A DNA stretch of 64,000 bases from Rickettsiaceae bacterium (GTDB lineage: Bacteria; Pseudomonadota; Alphaproteobacteria; Rickettsiales; Rickettsiaceae), in assembly GCA_033761815.1 (NCBI GenBank), contig JANRMF010000070.1:1304-65303 (forward strand), given 5' to 3'. This document shows positions 58,101 to 64,000 of this stretch, piece after piece. The notes under the pieces were generated by a model. The model made no database searches. It had not been told where the DNA came from and was given only the letters and a program-made list of their open reading frames with translations. Every line of letters starts with the position of its first letter. Position 1 is the stretch's first letter. The position numbers and the translations under genes were made by a program.

Positions 58101-58889
58101 TTAAGGCTTCAGTTTCCACCCAGAATCTATGATTTTTACAGTCATTATACCGAAAATGATTGCTAGGAGCGTTAAATATGAAATACCAAAAAAAATATTC
58201 CCATCAGACTCGCCAATAATAGAGTACCGAAAACCATCTATTATATAAAAGAATGGATTGTATAAGTTAATGGTTTGCACCCATTTTGGAAGTGAGTGGA
58301 TTGAATAAAATGTTCCAGAGAGAAACGATAAAGGGGTAATTATGTAGCTTGTTATGGCTGAGTTTTGGTCAAAATTATCCGTGATTAGAGCGGACAAAGT
58401 CCCAAGAATAGACATAAAAATTGTAGCAAGCAGAGCATAGGAAAATAGCAAATATATATCATGAATTCTAAACTCTATGAAAACCGAGAGAACTAATGAT
58501 AGGATAGCGCCAACGAGAAACCCCCTTGCGATGCTACCCGCAGTGTAGGCGCACACAAGCTCAAGGCCTTCAAATGGTGTCATTAATATGTCATTCACGT
58601 AACCCAATACCCGGGCCATGATAAGGGAAGAAGAGGAGTTAGCGAAGCTATTTTGCATAATAGTCATTATTATTAGACCATATCCAATAAAATCTATAAA
58701 GGGGACATTGTGAATTTTTTTATCACCATCTCCAAGAGCGAGTGCGAAGATAGATAAAAAAATCAGCGCTGTTATAATTGGGGCTATAATAGTTTGATTA
58801 TAGACCTTCATAAATCTTTTTATCTCGCGCAAAATCAAAATATAAGTTCCGTAGTAATTAAACTGGTTTATTTTCTGTATTTTTTTCAT
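58101..58889 (-). CDS. ABC-2 type transporter permease
   Basis: 262 aa and six TM helices, with an N-terminal cytoplasmic stretch typical of the ABC-2 family. No ATPase gene is adjacent. Confidence 0.65.
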   Translation of the reverse strand: MKKIQKINQFNYYGTYILILREIKRFMKVYNQTIIAPIITALIFLSIFALALGDGDKKIHNVPFIDFIGYGLIIMTIMQNSFANSSSSLIMARVLGYVNDILMTPFEGLELVCAYTAGSIARGFLVGAILSLVLSVFIEFRIHDIYLLFSYALLATIFMSILGTLSALITDNFDQNSAITSYIITPLSFLSGTFYSIHSLPKWVQTINLYNPFFYIIDGFRYSIIGESDGNIFFGISYLTLLAIIFGIMTVKIIDSGWKLKP

Positions 58890-58989
58890 AATCGCATTTG
58901 TTTTATAGTTATATAATTCACAGTCTCGGATTTGTTCGATGATTTAAGTCTCAAGGTAATATCTTATCCCAAGAAAGCTCTTGATAACA

Positions 58990-59712
58990 CTATAGTTCAT
59001 CTAAAAATAACTGCAAGAAATTATCTAAATTTGGCTTACATGAGGCTTTTGCTTTAAGATTTACTTTGAAAAAAATTGACGCAATTTTCTGGCTGAAGCA
59101 TAAAAAAACTACATCATTTAGGTAAGTATTTTTGCCATTTGTTTCTGCGCTGATGCTTAGATCTCTCAGTAAATTATTATAACATTCCAAAAAAGCAAGG
59201 CCAGAATTTTCAGAAAAAAAAGTGATGATGTTAATTTCTTTGTCTAGAATTAATCTTGCTGTAGTTGGTCCGAATTTTTTTCGGTAATTAGTGGCATATA
59301 TCGTATATTCTGTAGGAGCGAATGGAATATTTTGAGTTATATTAGAGCCTCTTAGGTAAATAAGATCCGAAATCTTAGGATAGGAGGGGGCAGAGGTCAC
59401 CAATTTTTCAGCTGATTCTGCACACAAAATCACCTCTATTCCTGCTTTTTTTAATATATAGCTGGAATGCTGGCCAACTACATAAGCTGATAGATTATTG
59501 TGGGCAAAATTTTCAGCTACAATTTTAGCTGCAAATGGGCTTGTTATTATAATAGTTTCCCCATTAAGTTTGGTTTTGAGTGAGTTAATCAGATCTAAAT
59601 CTTTGGAATATTCAATCATAGGTTCATGGTAAAACTTATATTTATTTTCCGGTAAAGCGTTGATAATTTTTTGATTTTGCGCCAGATCTCTGGTAAGCAA
59701 GACTTTTTTCAT
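58990..59712 (-). CDS. hemD: Probable uroporphyrinogen-III synthase
   Basis: VLLTRD start and a two-lobe pattern (IIITSPFAAKIV, VVGQHSSYILKKAGIEV, IITFFSENSG) that resembles the HEM4 family. Sequence conservation is weak. Confidence 0.5.
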   Translation of the reverse strand: MKKVLLTRDLAQNQKIINALPENKYKFYHEPMIEYSKDLDLINSLKTKLNGETIIITSPFAAKIVAENFAHNNLSAYVVGQHSSYILKKAGIEVILCAESAEKLVTSAPSYPKISDLIYLRGSNITQNIPFAPTEYTIYATNYRKKFGPTTARLILDKEINIITFFSENSGLAFLECYNNLLRDLSISAETNGKNTYLNDVVFLCFSQKIASIFFKVNLKAKASCKPNLDNFLQLFLDEL

Positions 59713-59968
59713 AAAAAACCTATAGTCTATGGAGTTTGGTTATAAAAATTTTGCAGCAAGTGAAAATAATATATATATTAAATATTTAATCAACCCGCCA
59801 TCACTCGAAAAAAAATAAGCGCGATGAATATATTGACATTATTACAATATGAATTTATTCTATACTTGGCTAAAATTTAATGAGTTTATCTATCTAAACT
59901 ATGCAATAAAAATAAATAAATACATTATATTTAAATTTAATAACATAATACCACTTAAAAATTTATAA

Positions 59969-61558
59969 ATGATAACCAATAAAAAATATCTTACCTCAAA
60001 GTGTGAGCACCTAACAGATCAAATGATTTACGTCAGCGACCAAGTTGAAGAGACTTTTAATAAAATGGGCAAATTAAGGAAAGATCTAGAGAATTTAAAC
60101 GATAACACATTCAGAACGTCCGCAAAGTTACTTTTTTCCGCAAGTTTAGTTTTTACTCTTACATCCGCCCTTACAACAACATTGGAGTATTTACTGTCTG
60201 TAAAAGACATTAAAGTGCTAGTTTTTGATATCTCAAGTTTGCCAAACGCCTTAGGAAGTATTGCTTTTTGGAGTGTGTCTCATCAATTATCCGTTAGTTT
60301 GAAGAGTTATGAATATGGGTTAAGGGCAATCCCTACTAAACTGGATAGTTTTTGGCTCCAATTAAAACATACAAAAAAAACCTGTGCTAATTTTTATAGA
60401 GAATTAGAGAATACGATCGAGACCCAAAAAGATTTTCTAATCAATCATGGAGATGTGGAAGAAGGGGAATTGACTACATTAGAGAAGGATATAGTTATTC
60501 AGTTAAAGTTTATGACTTCCTTACCAAAAGGGTTCACGGAATTAAAAGAACAAATGGATCAAATTCATAACTCAGCAGAACTTGCTCAAGTCAAAAAATA
60601 TATAGCCGATAACCCAGAATTTGCAAATATAAACCTAGATAACTGGGATGATAATTTTTCTATCGATATTAATTCGATGATTATGGAGGATAATCAATGG
60701 TTCGAAAATGATAAAGTGAAAATTTTTCAAAAACATTGTAATAATATTTTAGAAGAGTTTAAAGAAGTCGAAGAAAGCCTACCTTTAATGGAGAAGGTTT
60801 ATAAAACATTTCCACAAAAAGCCGGAGAGGCAATCTCACATCTATGGGATGCTTATAGTTTATTAACAACCATTGTGGTTTCAGCATCTATTACCTTTTC
60901 TTGTCTAACTGCATTATCTTACTCCCTTGAATGCGTTGGGATTCAAACCATAATTGACCTTGGCTTCATTAGTTTTGGAATATTTAATCAGGTAACTTTT
61001 TGGGGTGGATTTTTATGCGTAGTATCGATTGTTAGCAAACCTCACAAAGACATTGCAGATTTATACCAGGAATCCAATGACGTATCTCTCAAATTAAAAT
61101 ATGCGCAAAAAGTTCTACTTGACAGTGAGGGGAGGGTAGAAATGGCAACACAGGAAGGGGAGGAGATATTAAGCAAGATTTCCAGTCTAGATACCAAAAA
61201 TACTGAATGCGTTATGCAATGTATGAAAGATCTAACATCACTTAAAGTCAAGGCAAATCAAATATTTAGTATGAATAGTATACCAAGAAAGGAATTTGTA
61301 GGTATTGCAATCAACAACGAAGGGGTTGAATTCATAGTAAATGAAGAGGAGCATCCTCAGCAAGACCAAAATCCCGGGTTTGAAATCTTAAATCCGGCAC
61401 CAGTATTAAATGGTATAAACAACATTGCCGGGGGCAATCTTGAGCATTTAAATCCAGTCCGCCAGGATGGAGCTCCGGACCATCCTGAAATTATACCTGG
61501 GTTTAATTTTGGCGCATCATTGATGTTAAAATCCGCATTTATGTGGGATTTGTCATAG
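59969..61558 (+). CDS. Orphan membrane protein built from two helical-segment-plus-hydrophobic-hairpin units
   Basis: Hydrophobic pairs LLFSASLVFTLTSALTTTLEYLL/ALGSIAFWSVSHQLSVSL and LLTTIVVSASITFSCLTALSYSL/IIDLGFISFGIFNQVTFWGGFLCVVSIV, each preceded and followed by charged helical segments. Confidence 0.55.
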   Translation: MITNKKYLTSKCEHLTDQMIYVSDQVEETFNKMGKLRKDLENLNDNTFRTSAKLLFSASLVFTLTSALTTTLEYLLSVKDIKVLVFDISSLPNALGSIAFWSVSHQLSVSLKSYEYGLRAIPTKLDSFWLQLKHTKKTCANFYRELENTIETQKDFLINHGDVEEGELTTLEKDIVIQLKFMTSLPKGFTELKEQMDQIHNSAELAQVKKYIADNPEFANINLDNWDDNFSIDINSMIMEDNQWFENDKVKIFQKHCNNILEEFKEVEESLPLMEKVYKTFPQKAGEAISHLWDAYSLLTTIVVSASITFSCLTALSYSLECVGIQTIIDLGFISFGIFNQVTFWGGFLCVVSIVSKPHKDIADLYQESNDVSLKLKYAQKVLLDSEGRVEMATQEGEEILSKISSLDTKNTECVMQCMKDLTSLKVKANQIFSMNSIPRKEFVGIAINNEGVEFIVNEEEHPQQDQNPGFEILNPAPVLNGINNIAGGNLEHLNPVRQDGAPDHPEIIPGFNFGASLMLKSAFMWDLS

Positions 61559-61613
61559 GAGCGCAGGAAAAAGTTAAAAGTGCGAGGAGCTTCTTTTAAC
61601 TTTGCTTGTGTTA

Positions 61614-63083
61614 TTAGGCGCCTAATCCATTACCCTTTTGACTGGTGGAGTTTCTTCTCTCATTTTCGGCATCTTGGAATGTGCCTTTGTTTTGTTTTGC
61701 TGCATTCACGTTTTCTTGAGTATTATCAGTACCCTGTTGTTTTTGTGTTGCATATGTGGCCTGTTTATCAGGTTTTGTAAGATGACTTGTCTCCATTATT
61801 GAGTGAAATAATCTTGCCACAGCCGAGCCCAAACCTTTAAAGAAATTACCTATAGCACCAAAGAATGCTGATATAGGATTGGATAGTGCTGGTTGAGGCT
61901 GTGCGGTCTGGTTTTGATCCTCCTGTTGCTCTTTCTCTTTTTTGGGTTTGCCTTGTAAGATTTGGCGCTTAAGATCATCCGGCAGGCCTTTTGTCCCGGG
62001 ACTTTGTAGATCGGCAGGGGTTTTTGTTTCTTCTTTTGCTGTGGTCTGAGCAGTATCAACATAAGGCGTCGCAGTGTTCAGCCTTTCTTCTATTATAGTT
62101 TCTGAGAGATTTACCTGCTTTGGAGCCTCCTGTTTCTTATTCTCCTCTTTTTTGGGTTTGCCATTTAAGATTTCGTTCTGAAGATTAGCTGGCAGTCTTT
62201 TTCTCTTGGGAGTAGGATTGGATGGTGCTGGTTGGAGCTGCTGAGGTTGGGGCTTCCCATTCGTCCCTTCCACTTCTGGTACTTCCACATCGCTTTGCTT
62301 ATTCTCTTCTTTTTTGTTGCGTTGCATGATTTGGCTCTGAAGATTATTCGGCAGAACGTTTCTCACGGGAGTGTTTGGATTAGTAGTTTTTTTTGTTTCT
62401 TCATTTGCGTTGGTATTAGAAGTCTTAGATAACCCTCCCTCATAATTTGTAACTGATGACTGCCACAATTCCTCAGCACGTTTTTTATTCAGCCTCGCGC
62501 CCTCGCCAAACAACATAGACTCCAGATTATTTGCTTTGTTCCCTACACTTTCCCCTGCGCCATTTGATGCATTCTGTTGTCTTATCTCCTCTGGTGTTAA
62601 TGGTTTCTTGGGGAGTGTTTTTTTGATTTTTGCTATCTCTGTTTTTATATTCTTATATGTTTCTTGTATAGTTTTATCTTTTTCCTCTTTATCGCTGACT
62701 TGATCTAGAGTTTGAGTTGCAAGCTCTTTTTCATCCTCAACTAATAGCTTTGCTTTTTCGAGTTGTGCTTCCATTTGAGATATAATGTTTGGTAATTTTG
62801 TTATTGTGCTATTAATATATTCTTTTAAGTTTTCTTGATATGCCTTTCCTGCGGAAGTTTTTTCTCCATAATCTTCATCTTCATCGGATCTCAGGAATTG
62901 ATTGCGATTTACAAGTGCGCTCTTAAGGTGTTCTTTTTGGTAGTTTTGTATTTCATTTTCTATGAATTCTACTAATGCCTCCGCCTGTGTCCTTTTCTTT
63001 GGACTGTATGCATTTTTTTCTTCTTGTTGTTTCACTTCATTTAATTTGTTCCCTTTATTTTCCTCTGCCATAACAACCTCCAT
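61614..63083 (-). CDS. Orphan lysine/glutamate-rich protein with four WH2-like motifs and proline-rich spacers
   Basis: NLESMLFGEGARLNKK, LPNNLQSQIMQRNKKEE, LPANLQNEILNGKPKKEE, LPDDLKRQILQGKPKKEK. The last three are also visible as DNA-level repeats. Confidence 0.55.
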   Translation of the reverse strand: MEVVMAEENKGNKLNEVKQQEEKNAYSPKKRTQAEALVEFIENEIQNYQKEHLKSALVNRNQFLRSDEDEDYGEKTSAGKAYQENLKEYINSTITKLPNIISQMEAQLEKAKLLVEDEKELATQTLDQVSDKEEKDKTIQETYKNIKTEIAKIKKTLPKKPLTPEEIRQQNASNGAGESVGNKANNLESMLFGEGARLNKKRAEELWQSSVTNYEGGLSKTSNTNANEETKKTTNPNTPVRNVLPNNLQSQIMQRNKKEENKQSDVEVPEVEGTNGKPQPQQLQPAPSNPTPKRKRLPANLQNEILNGKPKKEENKKQEAPKQVNLSETIIEERLNTATPYVDTAQTTAKEETKTPADLQSPGTKGLPDDLKRQILQGKPKKEKEQQEDQNQTAQPQPALSNPISAFFGAIGNFFKGLGSAVARLFHSIMETSHLTKPDKQATYATQKQQGTDNTQENVNAAKQNKGTFQDAENERRNSTSQKGNGLGA

Positions 63084-63290
63084 GTTAAATTAATTGTCTT
63101 AAGGGTATTATGAAGAAAACTACAGAAAATAACAAAGAAATAAAAATTTATTCTATAAGAATTAAAATCTATGTGATTTTTTTACACAACTAATTTTAGA
63201 TTAAAAAATTAAAATCAAACTATCATATGAAGTTGATTGTAATTTATGTTATCATAAATATTGTGTTCAATATTTTATAAAGAGGTAAGC

Positions 63291-63524
63291 ATGGCTAAAT
63301 TTAAAGTTTTAATTTCTATAGTATTTTCTGTGGCTGTTATGTTTTCGCAAATTGTATGCGCGGAATCTGTTACATTTAAGGTTCCAAGCTCTGAAACTGT
63401 GAGCAAGGCAGCTGAAACAATAAAATCTGTTGAGCTCCCAACAAAAGATCAAGTGGATAATGCAGCATCAACAATATCTAGTATTTACTCAGATTTTACT
63501 AGTAACACAAAAGTGAGCAATTAA
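63291..63524 (+). CDS. Small secreted protein
   Basis: AGAGG RBS. Signal peptide MAKFKVLISIVFSVAVMFSQIVCAES. Followed by a clean terminator. Confidence 0.5.
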   Translation: MAKFKVLISIVFSVAVMFSQIVCAESVTFKVPSSETVSKAAETIKSVELPTKDQVDNAASTISSIYSDFTSNTKVSN

Positions 63525-63533
63525 GCTTCACGA

Positions 63534-63567
63534 AGAGAGGGTCAGAATTCTTGCGCCCTCTCTTTTT
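63534..63567 (+). terminator. Rho-independent terminator
   Basis: AGAGAGGG, a 14-nt loop, then CCCTCTCT followed by TTTT. Confidence 0.6.
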
Positions 63568-63917
63568 GGAGAATTTTCTAGAAATATCTCCCCAAGATTC
63601 GCTGATGATGCAAACATATCCACAAAACATGTGGATAAGTCTGTTGATAAACCTGTAAATTTTGGCGTAAAAGAACGTTAGACCTTGTGTGATGAGCGAT
63701 TTGCACAAAAAATAGGCACGCCCGCAAACCCTTATGCTTTCGTAGATTCCAGTATTTACATAGTAAAATTTAACCCATAATATATTAGAAAACTAACCAT
63801 GAGATTGCATGGATTAAATTTGTGTATAAAAAGAAAAGTTTTACGCAAAATTAGCAGAAAATTCTAGCACATTCTGAGTTTTTATGATATGGCTCTATAG
63901 AATATAAGGATTTAACA

Positions 63918-64000
63918 ATGCAGAATTACGGCGAAATTTTTCAGTACCATGTAAGCCAGATTAAGGAGGAGGGGAGATATAGAAGCTTTCTGAATATTCA
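63918..64000 (+). CDS. hemA: 5-aminolevulinate synthase, N-terminal 27 codons only (runs off the window)
   Basis: MQNYGEIFQYHVSQIKEEGRYRSFLNI matches the ALAS N-terminal EGRYR-F pattern. Confidence 0.6.
   Translation, partial: MQNYGEIFQYHVSQIKEEGRYRSFLNI

Overview
An AT-rich, gene-dense bacterial window with an alphaproteobacterial gene set that looks Rickettsiales- or Holosporales-like (obligate intracellular). I cannot name the species from sequence alone. Housekeeping genes make up most of it: comEC, kpsF, nadA, purC, lipA, ctaE/ctaG, acnA, ccmAB, yajC, polA, recJ, glpX, rnc, gltX, holC, recG, dnaKJ, hemD and the hemA start, plus tRNA-His, tRNA-Glu and tRNA-Ala. Between them lie a flagellar basal-body operon (fliF-fliG-fliH-fliN-motA), an orphan phage portal/terminase remnant, one IS481-like insertion sequence, and at least four families of about 100-145 bp MITE-like palindromic elements. 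There are also several large orphan proteins that look like host-directed effectors: ankyrin repeats, duplicated modules, hydrophobic hairpins and WH2-like repeats. The three most unusual loci are as follows. First, a umuD/umuC-like pair in which the polymerase carries an in-frame, G+C-rich, internally duplicated insertion of about 330 codons, and the S24 partner has a long novel N-terminus behind perfect palindromes. Second, a MITE inserted exactly at the TA shared by the overlapping stop codons of umuC and rnc. Third, an ankyrin gene split by a MITE whose clean removal restores the reading frame. All functional calls rest on motifs read by eye from the translations. No database search was possible.
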